64,000 bases of DNA from the human T2T-CHM13v2.0 reference genome, Homo sapiens (GCF_009914755.1 NC_060947.1); one strand, 5' to 3'. Numbered from the stretch's first letter, positions 1 to 23,587 are shown. Notes: generated by a model not told the origin, from the letters alone. Program-made: numbers and translations.

Positions 1-70
1 TCGCGCCACTGCACTCCAGCCTGGGCGACAGACAGAGCGAGACTCCGTCTCAAAAAAAAAAAAAAAAAAA
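1..70 (+). mobile_element. Alu 3' end with poly(A) tail (truncated by window edge)
   Basis: GCCACTGCACTCCAGCCTGGGCGACAGA...GAGACTCCGTCTC followed by an A-tract. Confidence 0.95.
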
Positions 71-74
71 ACAA

Positions 75-510
75 CTTTTCAATGGCTCCCTATTACGTCT
101 AGGATAAGTCCCAAGCTCCTTAATGGGGCCAAAAGGCCTCAATGCCCTGACCCTCAGCTACCTCCCTCAGGCAGGCTCATCTGAGTGCACTCCCACCTCA
201 GATTTGGCTTCATCCATACAATTTCTTACACATACCATGTCGTTTCCCCCATTCTGGAGTGTCTCCTCATCCTTTCTTTGGCTAACCAGCTCCTACTCAT
301 CCAGGAAACCTTCCCTGGCTGGCTCCAGTGTCCCTCTGTGCTTCCACAGCCCCCTGTCCATAACCATCTCTGCATCTCCTGCATTCTCCTGAAATGATCC
401 GTCTTCCTCACTAGAATATGAGTTTTCTGAAGGAAGGTACATGGCTTGTTCATCTTTGTACTCCCAGTGCCTGGAACTCAGTAGTTGTATAGGAAATGTT
501 TATTGAACTG
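75..510. mobile_element. Degraded L2-like LINE fragment
   Basis: L2 3'-type text (caatggctccc...cccagtgcctgg...ctcagtag...aaatgtttattgaactga); boundaries approximate. Confidence 0.55.
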
Positions 511-1009
511 AGCCCTTAATTCAACTGTAATTCTTAGGAACATCAGCCTCTAGCAGTATGTAGGCTGCCATTGACACAGAAGTTACCATAGTAGTAAAAT
601 GACATACTAGTAAAATGTAAGATGCTGCTAATGGTTCTAGGAAGACATCAATAGGCAATGTAGTAGACTCTAGAAATTTGGACATGAATGTATTCTTTAG
701 CCAAAAATGGGTAGTGGGAAATTTGATCTTTTTAAAAAATGTATTCTTAGAGATTTTACTTACTGGAATTGTGATGCTTGAACACATAGTTGTGGTACAT
801 GATAGAACTCTTACAAGAACTTAGGAGTCTGCCCTCAGAAGGCAGGGTGTTAAATTGGATGCAAAGAATCTGGGCCAGGCTTCCGGAGCTTTCATTCACC
901 TATTAGCACACTCATTTGTGTATCCATTTTCTGTGAAGGGTTTATATAGGGCACAGATTTCCTGTTTGAAGAAAGATGGGTCAGATTAATTTAGCTTGAT
1001 GTTGTAAAG

Positions 1010-1231
1010 CAAGCTTGTCCAACCCACGGCCCACGGGCTGCATACGGCCCAGGATGGCTTTGAATGCAGCCCAACACAAATTTGCAAACTTTCTTAAAAC
1101 ATTATGAGATTTTTATTTGTGATTTTTTTTTTTTTTAGCTTGTCAACTATCATTAGTGTTAGCGTATTTTGTGTGGCCCAAGATAATTCTTCCATTGTGG
1201 CCCAGGGAAGCTGAAAGGTTGGATACCCTTG
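1010..1231 (-). mobile_element. MER30-like hAT-Charlie MITE
   Basis: Imperfect terminal inverted repeats (CAAGCTTGTCCAACC ... GGTTGGATACCCTTG) flanked by an exact 8-bp TSD TTGTAAAG (1002-1009, 1232-1239). Confidence 0.85.
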
Positions 1232-1365
1232 TTGTAAAGTGTCTGGCCGAGTTCCCTTTTGAAGTGTGGCGTTATGATGGAAATATCCACTCCGGTTGTG
1301 TGTTGGACCTTTCTGTAAACATGGAGGTGCAGTTTAAATGAGTACCTGTCATCTCCTCTCTAAAG

Positions 1366-1439
1366 GGGGAGCAGCCTCTGGGAGTGACAGTGCTGACAAG
1401 AAGGCTCAAGGTCCCAAAGGTGGTGGCAATGCAGTAAAG
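1366..1439 (+). CDS. PIN4: PIN4 (parvulin Par14/Par17) coding exon 2
   Basis: Acceptor ctctctaaAG at 1364-65, donor AAG|GTGAGT at 1440; encodes (G)[24 protein letters not shown], the basic N-terminal part of Par14; 74 nt, ends in phase 0. Confidence 0.95.
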
Positions 1440-1576
1440 GTGAGTTACTGGTTCCTTTTTTTCCATGTTAAATATAAATTCTGTTTATGTGTTAGTACAC
1501 ATAAAAGACAGAATGCTTAACTCATTCTAACAGGCTAGCCTAACACTGGTATAAAATCAAAATAACACAAAATTGT

Positions 1577-3730
<2,154 letters not shown>

Positions 3731-3859
3731 CATGTGGCTTTAAAGAGGCACCTTACCCTCTCTGGAAAAAAAATAAGTTCAATGTGGCCACTCATGAGAT
3801 ATATGGAAAGGAGTGGCACGTTATTCACTAGGAAAGTAGATTAGGGTTAAATTTGTTTT

Positions 3860-4765
<906 letters not shown>

Positions 4766-5184
4766 TGAAGGCACGAGTCGGTGAGGGACCCTGGGACCCT
4801 CTGGCCTTTTAGGGTTCAGCTCCTTTCACATTCTGTCATTCTGCTTCAGACCCCACCCCTGTGCCCACACCCTGCCCTTTTGTCGCTATAAGCTCTGCAG
4901 ATTCTGAGACCCATCCACTGACCACAGCTTCCCTCCTTCCCCTTCCCTTCCTGCCTCCGCCAATCCTGTTCCTCTGTTCTTCTCCTCACAGACCCCCAAG
5001 CCCTCAAGCCCACCCTAATCTCCCCACTTTCTCCTAGGCTTCATGTTTGTTTTCCTATCCCCTGCACACTCAAAATTAGGCCTAAGGGCTTGATCATTGG
5101 ATTGAGGAGGTCCAGTTTTTCTTTTGGCCACCTCCCTGCATCCACCTCCCTGCTACTCAGGATCAATCCAATGGTCTACTTTCT

Positions 5185-5400
5185 ATGCACTTAAAATTAG
5201 ATCTATAGTTAGAAGAGAAGAATTCGAGTGGTTCTAGTATAAAGAAAAGACAAATATTTAAGGTGATGGATATTCCAAGTATACTGATTTGATCTTTACC
5301 AATTATATGAATGTATTAGATTATTGCATTACCTTGAAACTGTACATCTACTATGCATCAATAAAAAAGAAAGGAAGGAAAAGAAAAGAAAAGAAAAGAT
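5185..5400 (+). mobile_element. L1MA-type 3' end fragment with A-rich tail
   Basis: aaatatttaaggtgatggatattcc...tttgatctttac...caataaaaaag. Confidence 0.7.
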
Positions 5401-5556
5401 TTCCTTGAAAACGTCTAGCTGGGGGCAACTTAAATATTAATACTTGATTTTTAATAAGTATGTAAATAAAGTATTTACTAATAATTCCAATATGAGTATT
5501 ATATTTGCTTATAGATGAACTTATTTCAGTAGCTTGGCTCAAATTTGAAACAGTTA

Positions 5557-7947
<2,391 letters not shown>

Positions 7948-8223
7948 TAGTCATCACTCCCAAACTCTTTCTGTAGCTTGGCTCTCCAAGACACAGCTGC
8001 ACTGTTGCCAGTTCGTTGGTCACACTTGCAGACCCCACAGGAATGAAAAACTCTTTGTCGCACTGTCTAAACTAGAATACTCGTTTATTCATTTATAAAA
8101 TGGTGGACGGTATCCCCTATCTGTGACCACGAATGCAGTGTACATTTTCCCAGGAATTGTATCAGACAATCACTTTGTGAGTATGGAAGCAGAAACAAGG
8201 AGGCAATCTAGAAGCTGTCTCTT

Positions 8224-10016
<1,793 letters not shown>

Positions 10017-10250
10017 AAGTGATTCTATTTGAATGTGAAATGAGAAATCCTGCGAAACAGCTATCTTGACAAAATCATTTTCAAGGATAATAGTGTTTTT
10101 TTAAATCCATGGCTTTATGTAAACATAGGTCAAATTTGAATACTTCAGTAGGGTTGGGCGTTCTTAATATTCAACCTATGATACCTTTTCAAAGTGTGGA
10201 ATTGTGGGGAGGCTTATACATTGGGTCTCTTTTAGTAAGAAATACTTCCT

Positions 10251-11462
<1,212 letters not shown>

Positions 11463-11674
11463 CTATTTTCCATCTAAATCAGGACTCTGAGACATTGTCT
11501 TAATATGGGGAATGGGATTGTGGTTGTTGTCCTGGGCAAACTTCCAGGATTTTTACTTGCTATGAACTAATGTGTTTTTTTTTTAACTGGTGGGGGTAAT
11601 CCAAATGTAACCACTGTACTTTAAGGAGTCATTTGGGTCTCCAAGTATTACATGAATGTACTTTTTCCTTGCAG

Positions 11675-11794
11675 GTCAGACACATTCTATGTGAAAAACA
11701 TGGCAAAATCATGGAAGCCATGGAAAAGTTAAAGTCTGGGATGAGATTCAATGAAGTGGCTGCACAGTATAGTGAAGATAAAGCCAGGCAAGGG
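11675..11794 (+). CDS. PIN4: PIN4 coding exon 3 (PPIase/parvulin domain, N-terminal half)
   Basis: Acceptor ctttttccttgcAG, donor GGG|GTATGT; encodes [40 protein letters not shown]; 120 nt, phase 0-0. Confidence 0.97.
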
Positions 11795-12257
11795 GTATGT
11801 TGCTCTTATTATTTATAATTTTCTCTCAAGGTAAGAAAGCAAAGTAAAAATGACAAATAATAAAATAAGATAAAAATTCTCCATCCTCCACAGAAGAAAC
11901 ACAGAAGTAGGGATCATTCCTTTGTTCAACCATTGGTTGTAGCGATATTTTGGTTTAAAGATCTCAAAAGCAGAAATGTCCAACTTGTAAATAGTAGAAT
12001 AAGGGTCATCTATGTCAAAACCTATGCATGACCAAACTTGCACGGCTAACTTCAAAGTCCAGCAGTGTTGAGAGTACTTATGTGTTCAGTCTAGTTAGAC
12101 TTCTTCTACCTATTTGTCCTTATTGAGCCTATTCCTGTATTGCTCTTAGGAATATACCTCGTAACCTTAGCAAAATGTTGGGAAATTCTCTCAAGCTACA
12201 GTAGAACTGTTCCCTCTTCTGGGCCACTTGATATCACTTATCTTTTGGGTTTTTCAG

Positions 12258-12416
12258 GGTGACTTGGGTTGGATGACCAGAGGGTCCATGGTGGGACCAT
12301 TTCAAGAAGCAGCATTTGCCTTGCCTGTAAGTGGGATGGATAAGCCTGTGTTTACAGACCCACCGGTTAAGACAAAATTTGGATATCATATTATTATGGT
12401 CGAAGGAAGAAAATAA
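12258..12416 (+). CDS. PIN4: PIN4 coding exon 4 (terminal exon of the main isoform)
   Basis: Acceptor gtttttcAG; encodes [52 protein letters not shown] then TAA; typical parvulin motifs GDLGW and FGYHII. Confidence 0.97.
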
Positions 12417-13210
12417 AATCATATGAAAGACTGAATAAGTTTTATACATTTTGTTTCTTTAAAAGGTATTACATATTCTTTTGAGCTGGAGCTGCAAGGA
12501 AATACAAAAATTTTTAAAAAGAAAAGATATTGGATGCTCCTTGTATTCTGTGAAAGCTCTAAGTATGGGTTTGTAGGTGTAAGAGAGGGTGGGGCTAAGT
12601 GAATGTCAACTGTAGTAGGTATTCAGTCAGTCTTTCTCAAAGAGAAGTCAAGCAGACTCCCTTTAACCTGTATTCTCTTTCCTCCCAGAACTATATCTGA
12701 CTCTCAGTCTGTCCCATAAATTAATTCAGAAACCATCTTCAGGGGAAGCAGATATCAACTCACACTATTCACACAACTGAAAATATTGGGCATCAAATAG
12801 ATTAGTGTGTGAGAATCATAAAATAAGTTCCTAGACAACATTTGTTTTACATGTTAGTCAACTCTGATCTTCCAGGACAGGTGGTATTAGCTCCACTGTC
12901 TTAACATAGTACGTGGCACGTTATGCCTTTCAGTGTTAACTCCTTTCTTTTTAAATAAATGTTTATTGGAGGAAAAAAGCACTCAGTTGTTCCATGAGTT
13001 GTTTTGTACTAGACTAACCGAGTGCTGGTTAAAGGGAGGGATGTCAGCATAAAAATGTCATTCCCTCATCTTCAGTGTATGGGTTACATTAAGACTGTCC
13101 TTTCCAGGGCCAATGTTCTGTGCATCTAAATTTTTAAAATTTAAAATGCCATATTTATGACATATAAAAAAGTATAAAGATTACTAATATAAATACTATA
13201 CTGCTTCAAA

Positions 13211-13216
13211 AATAAA
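13211..13216 (+). terminator. PIN4: Probable PIN4 distal polyadenylation signal
   Basis: AATAAA at the end of an AT-rich, repeat-free stretch after the stop codon; other AATAAA copies at 12412 and ~12954. Confidence 0.55.
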
Positions 13217-13456
13217 ACTTTGCCAACACAGCTATGTGATTCTTAACAGATTATTTTAACACACTGCCTTCTCTCCCTCAGCTGCATTTGATATTATACC
13301 CACTTATATAATGGGAACTTTACCTAGATACCTGACTTTCCCACTTGAGAAGAGTTTCTGAGCACCTCAGTAGGTTATGCCTCCATGAGATTTTCCCCAC
13401 GGAGCAGATATGCCAGTGTATACAGAGAAGTTCAAATAGATATAAGATGAAACTAT

Positions 13457-13949
13457 GGCTGGGCCCAGTGGTGTGCGCCTGTAGTCTTAGCTACTTGGGA
13501 GGCTGAGGCAGGAGGATCACTTGAGCCCAGGAGTTCTGGGCTGTAGTGTCCTATGCCAATCGGGTGTCAGCACTAAGTTCAGCATCAATACAGTGACCTC
13601 ATCTGGGCACAGTGGCTCAGGCCTATCATCCCAGCATTTTAGGAGGCCAAGGTGGGAGGATCACTTGAGCCTTGGAGTTCGAGGCTGCAGTAAGCTATGA
13701 CCATGCCCACTGCACTCCAGACTTCAGCCTGGGCAACAGAGGCCCTGCCTCTTAAAAAAAAAGAAAGAAAAACATGGTGACCTCCTGGGAGTGAAAGACC
13801 AGCAGGTTGCCTAAAAAGGGGTGAACTGGCCCAGGTTGGAAACTCAGCAGGTCAAAACTCCGGTGCTGATTAGTAATGGGATTGCACCTTTGAATATCCA
13901 CTGCACTGCAGCCTGGCCAACACAGTGAGACCCCGTGTCTAAAAAAAAA
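13457..13949 (+). pseudogene. 7SL (SRP RNA) processed pseudogene, split by an Alu monomer at 13601-13770
   Basis: Contains S-domain sequence absent from Alus (ttctgggctgtagtg...cgggtgtcagcactaagttc...caggttgcctaaaaaggggtgaactggcccagg...gcaggtcaaaactc); A tail; TSD-like AAG(A/C)TGAAACTA flanks. Confidence 0.92.
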
Positions 13950-13979
13950 TTTAAAGCTGAAACTACATGTTATTGATTG

Positions 13980-15066
<1,087 letters not shown>

Positions 15067-15189
15067 AGTTGACAAATGAAAAAAATTAAGGATTTATACA
15101 GATTTATATACATTATAGCATATGCATTTAATTCTGCTTTAAGACATCTCTGATTAAGTTCAGTGTTTACAGAACAAACCTTATTCATT

Positions 15190-15620
15190 GTAAAATAATT
15201 GCAAATTAAAATCAAAATAAGATACAAGTTCCCTCTTTTTATGTGTCAGATTGGTAAAGTTCAGAAAGTTTAACATTGTTTGGTAAGGGTGTGGGGAAAC
15301 AGACATTCATCCATTCATTAATGGTGGAAATGCAATTATATCCTCTGGAAAATAGTTTGGCAATACCTGTCAAATTTATAAATATACCCTTTGACCCAGC
15401 AACTCCATTTCTAGGAAGGTATACTATAATCATATGTATAAAAGATACAAGGATATTCATTACAGCATTATTTGGAAACAAACTGAACACCAACAATAGA
15501 TTATGATAAATTATGGTATATCCCTCAATAGAATATCATGCAGTTATTTTAAAATTTAAAATGAGGTACAGAATAGTGTACACAATACACTATCACTTGG
15601 GTAGCAACATAAATATATAC
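15190..15620 (+). mobile_element. Old L1ME-like fragment
   Basis: aataattgcaaattaaaa...ccctttgacccagcaactccatttctagga...ttcattacagcattattt. Confidence 0.65.
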
Positions 15621-15722
15621 ACATATGTACTTGTGCTTGTACATCATAGACTGTCTCTGGGAATGGGAATCCAGAACTCCAGGACAGGAGGGCAAGAGAT
15701 TTTTCACCTCACACCCTTAGAT

Positions 15723-17150
<1,428 letters not shown>

Positions 17151-17730
17151 CCATGGATACTGTTTGAATATGAGCATGTATTTTTTTCCCCAAACAACAG
17201 AATTTGTCATAGTACACACACACTTGAACAGAAAGAGCATTGCTATTTTCAGTGAGAAATATTCCTAGGACTTAGACGCTTCACTGTTCAGATCAAATGG
17301 ATATAGGCCGCTAAAGCTTCCTTGAAGGCAAATACATTGTGTGGATTTTTTGTTTTCTACATCAGGGAAGAAAGAAGTTTATTAGCTGAATTTTCACAAA
17401 CATTTTTGTGTGTGGTAGAAGGGACAGAAAAACAAAGATGTGTAGGGCGCAGCTACTCCCTTCACATCATGGTGGGAAGCACAGGGAAATGGTAAGCTGA
17501 ACTCAGATGCAGACTGTGAATTGCTTCACAGTTAGTTACACCAGTATTTCAAAAATAATGATATATATTCAATCGTATTACCCTAAAATAGTAATAATTG
17601 CTTTTAGTAAGAGCAAAATTTTGTTCCATCAATAACCTGAAATTCAGCTTCTTTTGAACTTCTGTAATCTCTTGTAATATACATGAGATTATTAATGTGT
17701 ATATACATATAATTTACAAGTAACTTTTAT

Positions 17731-18517
17731 ATGTATGGGATATAATAAAAATAAATATTTGGTCTTTGTCCCTGGTTCCTGGCATATAGTTCCTGAAAGC
17801 CTTGAAATCTCAACTGGTGTCTTTTGTATGCTAATGACATAGCTTGTGGCTGGAGGCCCCTAGTAGCTTCAGGATGGGGGCTGGTCACCAGAAACAGCAA
17901 GGCATGATTAGAGGGAACGTTCAGCCCTAACTGCAACCTCTGCAGAGGGGAGAGGGGCTGAAGATGAGTTAATCACCCATGGCCAATTATTTTATCAATC
18001 ATGCCTCCCTAAGGAAACCTCAAAAACCTTAACAATGGAGTTTGGAGAGCCCTGGATTAACATCAAAATGTTGGGAGGGTGGTGTGCCTGGAGGGCATGG
18101 ACGCTTAATGCACCACCCCCATACCTTGCCCTACACATCTCTTCCATTTGGGTGTTCCTGAGTTGTAGTCTTTATAATAAGCTGGTAATAGTAAGTAAAC
18201 GTTTCCTGAGTTTTATAAGCTATTCTAGCAAACTATTAAACCAGGGGGTGGGATGGGACGGTCATGGGAACCCCTAATTTGTAGCCAAGTCAGACAGAAG
18301 TGTGGTTAACATGGGGACCGAACACTTGCCACTGACGTCTGAAGTGAGGGCAGTCTGGTGGGACTGAGCCCTTAAACTTGTGGAGTCTGATGCTAACCCT
18401 GGGTAGTGTCGAAACAGAATCGTAGGACACCAGTTCAATTTTGAATTGGAGAACTGGAGAACTGCTTGATGTGGAAAACCCCCACATTTGGTGTCAGAAG
18501 TGTTTTGAGTAAAAACA
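17731..18517. mobile_element. MER21-like LTR
   Basis: tgtatgggatataataaaaataaatatttggtctttgtccctggttcctggc...ccccacatttggtgtcagaagtgt. Confidence 0.7.
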
Positions 18518-19004
18518 GCTCAGTGTATTATAGTGTATTCATTTACACAAGGTTAAAAATCGGTTTCACCCCAACCATGTCACCACAGGGAAGTCACGGC
18601 CTCACTGATCACTGAGCCTGTTTCCTCACATGAAAAATGGAAATGCTATTCTCCCTTCACCTCAAAAGATTATGGTAAGGCTGAAATGAGAAACCTGTGT
18701 GGAGTGCCCAACACATAGTACGTCATCAAGGATAGTCCACTTCTCTGGTGACAGAGTGCAGCGTGCTATACTGCAGTTTATCTTTCTGCAAGGGAACCAA
18801 ACTCCTTTTCAGTCTACAATCCAAAGATAGACTGTGATAATATGTGTCAGAATAGACGAGATACCTGGTTTGGTGAAAGGGAGAACACAGTTAATGGTGC
18901 ATTAAGAATGGCTAAATGGTCAGCAGTGACTCCAGGGCAAGCTACCAGTGATAAAGAATCCTAGCACCAGGTACCTAGCTCAGCTTTCTGCTGTTCCAGT
19001 TTAG

Positions 19005-19463
19005 TACTCTATCCAAAATGCTGGGGACCAGAAGTGTTCTTGATTGTGGAGAATTTCCATACACATAATGAGATATTTTGGAGATGGGATCCAAGTCTAA
19101 ACATGAAATCCATTTATGTTTCATACACACATTATATACATAGTCTGAAGGTAATTTTATAATTACTTTTAACGATTTTGTGCATGAAACAAAGTTTGTG
19201 TATGTTGAACCATTTTATTACCCTTTGTAGGCAGGCTTGCATGGGAGAATCTGGGCCTGTGTGGAAAGGATATATAGTAGCTGAAGGGGTCTAACAGAAT
19301 CTCTTTTCTCTTGGGGATGCTGAGTAAACAGTGTGTTATACACCTTCATTTTGACTGTGACATGTCACATGACATCAGGTATGGAACTTTCCTCACTTGT
19401 GGCATCATGTCAGCACTCAGAAATTTTCCCCATTTTGGATTGGATTAGGGATGCTCAACCTGT
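19005..19463. mobile_element. Tigger4/MER46B-like DNA transposon
   Basis: atccaaaatgctggggaccagaagtgtt...ttagggatgctcaacctgta; same terminus as the 4467 MITE. Confidence 0.7.
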
Positions 19464-19567
19464 ATTAAGCTGAAAGCATGAAACAGCATGTTCACAAGCA
19501 TATCTTAAGATCTGCCAGTATCATCTCAGTGAAACAAAGTGGATGGAAAACACTTGAGAAAAGTAAC

Positions 19568-19573
19568 TTTAAT
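19568..19573 (-). terminator. ERCC6L: Probable ERCC6L polyadenylation signal (ATTAAA)
   Basis: TTTAAT on + equals ATTAAA on -, about 330 nt downstream of the stop codon. Confidence 0.55.
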
Positions 19574-19902
19574 TTTCTTATCTGAACTGTTATATACAAA
19601 GATGATCACTTTCAGAGTAAAATTAAGAATGACCAGAATAATTTTACAAAACTTTCCAAGAAACAACACAGTTAAATTTATAGAATATGCCTAAAATATA
19701 AGAATATTCAAGTGAAGAAATATTAAGCTAGTGCTCAGAATACCAGACTATGGAGTGGGGGGCGTTGCAGGGCAGAAGTTGCTTTTTGAGATCTTTCTTG
19801 CCTTAAGCCTGAATGCTTCATGTTCCCAAAGAATCCAATTATGGGAACAAAAATTCCCTCATATTCAGTTTCACTTTAAAATACAATAAACAGGTTACAT
19901 TC

Positions 19903-22900
19903 TCAATTGTTATTAAGTTGCTTATACAAACTTAAAGTCAAGAGCATAACTTCAGGATCTGCACTTTTTATGTCAAGCGCTTTAACTAAGCAGTTTAGGG
20001 CCTCCTGGATTTTTCCACACTCTTTTAGTTCTTTTCCACGCTTTACAAGAGTCTCATAGTCATTTGTAGCCTCTGCCGCCTTATCCTGGGGAGAACCAAC
20101 CAACTGTTCACCAGACAAAGGCTCAGGGGCACCAAGAGAGGTCTCTTGAGCTAGAGCACTAGGCTTAGACGTCATTAACCAGCTGGACTTGTTTTCTGAA
20201 GACAGTGTTTCTCCGGAAGGATCCTCTTCTGTATACTTGGAGGCTTCGCCACTGCTTTCCTCCACCCCTTCTTCTGGATAATCTTCAGGACCCTTTGCTT
20301 CACTGCTGTCGTCAAGTCTTTCCTCCATGTCCTCCACGTGGTCTAAAACCATATTAATAAGAGACCTCCTAGAAGCCAGAGATCTTCTAGAGTTCATAGA
20401 CTTATTTACACTACTGGGTATTTGAGATGAAAAGAACCTTCCTGGTGGACTGATGTCATTTTTGGGAGTTGAAGCATCAAATTGTTTCACAGATGAGAAT
20501 TGAAAGAGAGATGTGTTGAATGGATTTATGCTTGAGGTATCTTTAAAAGAATCATCTTCATCTTCGCCATCTGAAACAATCCTTCTAGCTTTACTTCTGA
20601 TTTTTGCTTTAACTACTACTTCTTCTGGTTCATCGTCTTTCTCAGAAAACTCCCAACTGAGACATGTTTTGCTATGCACAAACCCTGCTCTGGAATTAGG
20701 TGCAGAGCCACACAAGCTATTTTCTTTCTCAACATGCTCTAAAGACTGACTGGAAAAATTTTGTCTGTTGTCTGCTGAGTCTTCCAAGAAAAGATTGAAA
20801 TCACATGCATACTGTGGTGAAGATGCTGAAGGTTCCTCTTCCAACTTGGCCTCACTTGCTTGAGCATCCTGCAGTGCACTATGGGATGCTGAAAGGTCAT
20901 CAGCTATTTCAATAATGGATACATTTGATTCTGCATTTTGACTTTCATTTGTTATGGAAATAATGGGCCAAGGATTGCAATGACGTAAAATCTCATCATC
21001 CTTTAGTTGATCTAAATTTGGCCCAATATCAGCTTTGGTTGATTTGCTAAGTACATAATTAAAACTTTCCAGAGGATCCTCTTGCAGTGCCTCTTGCTTA
21101 GGCCCCTCTTGTAATGTCTCTTTTTGTACAGCTTCATTTTTAGTTGCAAAGCTTTTTTCCATTCCCAATGAAGAGTTAGTACAAAGTTCTTCTACACTTC
21201 CAAACCCCTTTGGTAAAGTAGCTATAGAGTCAGCACTACCTGTACCTTTACCATCTTGCAAGGTGGTAACATTCACCTTTATACTGGAGAGATCTTGTTT
21301 CTCACCCTCTTTGGGCAGATCATCAATGACTACACTTGCCATTTTGGAACTGATATCTTCTTCCTGAGTATGATGAGTACTTAGAAGAGGTGAAGGCTGA
21401 GGCTGTGGTTTATTCAATTTAGGGCATTTCTTCTTTGTTGAAGAAGGAAATACAGGTTCTCTTAGCCAGGCCCCCTCATTTCTAGTTCTTTGTTGTTCCA
21501 TCAGGAACTCTTTATTTTGAGACTCGAATTCAACGAGGAATTGAGCTTTCTGAACCCTTTGTTGAATATAGTGAGATTCTTCTACCACATCAAGCTCTTC
21601 TTTAACAGACAGATCACATGTGTACATCAAATCATGGTCTGAGATTCCAGCTATCCCCAAAGACTGCAGGTAGGCAATATGTTCATCTAGTTTTATATCA
21701 GATTTCCTCTGAGCAGCATGCAAAGACTGAAGCTGCAGCTGGGTTACAGAGTTCTGAAGATCCTCGATTGTAAAGAGCTCTCTTAATTCTTGTTTACTAA
21801 AATATCGGAAAGGGTTCTTTTTTTCACCAGTAGTTTGTCTTATTAATGAGTCCTTGAAAACCTGTCTTCTGTATATTTTTTCCTCTACAGTCCCACAAGT
21901 GATTAGCCTATAAACCACAACATTCTCTTTTTGTCCAATTCGGTAAACTCTATCCACAGCTTGAGCATCAGTTGCAGGATTCCAGCTAGGGTCAAAAATG
22001 ACCACTCTAGTTGCTGCAGTTAATGTTAAACCGACACCACCTACTTGAGTGGTAAGCAGAAAAACAGAGTAATCTTTATTTTGCTGGAATAAGTTAATTC
22101 TTTTTTCTCGTTCCAAAAGATGAGTAACTGTCCCATCGATTCGCAATGTCTTAAAGTGCCTATTCTTTAAGAGGCGTTCAATGATGTTTAGAATTTGCCT
22201 CGATTGAGAAAACACCAGAGTTTGATGTCCCTCATCTCGCAGCCTCTTAAGTAGGTCCATTAGGAATATCATTTTTCCAGATTCTTCCATCAATGTGTCA
22301 TCAGTTACTTGATCAATATGGTCCACATCTGGGGAATCTTCCCCCTCATTTCCATCTTGAGCAGAGAATGTCCCAAGATTTAGCAAACAACAAGCCCGTG
22401 CAGACAGCAGCCTAGGATGATCACACAGCTTCTTTAAGACACCTAGCTCAGCCAAAGGTGAGCGCGTCTCCATTAGCAACTCCTTGATATGATCTAAAGA
22501 CACAAATTTCCTGTATATTTCTTCTTGTAAAGGCACAAGTCGTATCCAAATAATTAAATCATTTTTCCTGGAAAGGGAAGGCATTTCACAAATGGCATCA
22601 ACATCTGGATTCTTTTCATTAAGTCTGGCCTCTGGGTTGCTTGACTTTTTCTTCTGTACGTCTTCTTTAGTCCTCCTGAGAAAATAGGGTTTTATGATTG
22701 CCATTAAGTTTTCAGATATTTTAAATCCCAAGGCTTTTTCTCCTGGGGTAGCATCCTTCTCTCTTGCTCTAGTAATAGGATTTTCATACTCCATCTTAAA
22801 AGTTTTTAATGTTCCCAGCAGGGACCCTTGACAAGCAAAATCAAATAGGGACCATAGTTCTTGTAAATTATTCTGGATTGGGGTTCCTGTGAGGAGGAGG

Positions 22901-23587
22901 CGATTACTTGCAGGAATAGCACGAGCACATATTGCTGACTTAGTAGATGAGGTTTTTATTTTATGTGCTTCATCGAGGATGACATAGTCCCACACAAACT
23001 CTTGGCCCCTAAAGCTTGAAAGTTGCTGCCAGTTATTGATTAACATTTGGTATGTAGTGATAATAACACCATTCCTTTGCTGAATCCGATTGAGGTTTCT
23101 GGTCCGTTCATCCTTGCTAGGACCATGAAAGGTTTTGACTCTCATTCCTGGAGTCCACTTGATGAATTCTTTTACCCATGTGTTAATAAGATTGGTTGGC
23201 ATGATCAGCAGCACATGATTCACAAGTGATGCATCAAACATACCGGAAAGGAAAGCAATGATTTGAACAGTCTTCCCTAATCCCATATCATCAGCCAATA
23301 TACCACCTTTTCTTCCATCCCTATACAGGCTATAGAGGAAAGCTATGCCTTCCTTCTGGTGCTCAAAGAGTTGGTTGTGCAGTTCTCGATAAAGTAGCAA
23401 GCCAGAGTTGCACACATCTGTAAATTCATCATCTCCCTGTTCTGCCAACTCCTCCAAGGCTTCCTGTATTTTTTGGATTCTGCTCAGCACTTTTTCATTG
23501 GGAAAAATGTCCTTTGCCAAATTGAAAAGTTTAAATGCTTCTTCCAGGTCTCCATTCTTAGTTGCTTCTTTGGCCTCTTTCACATAT
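19903..23587 (-). CDS. ERCC6L: ERCC6L / PICH SNF2-family DNA translocase, coding exon 2
   Basis: Acceptor tttttttctatAG|ATATGTG; SNF2 motifs DDMGLGKT, DEAH, TGTPIQN, QAVDRVYRIGQ; TPR-like termini. With exon 1: 68+3685=3753 nt = 1250 aa; the Thr of DASTPK maps to codon 1063, the known PLK1-docking site. Confidence 0.98.
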
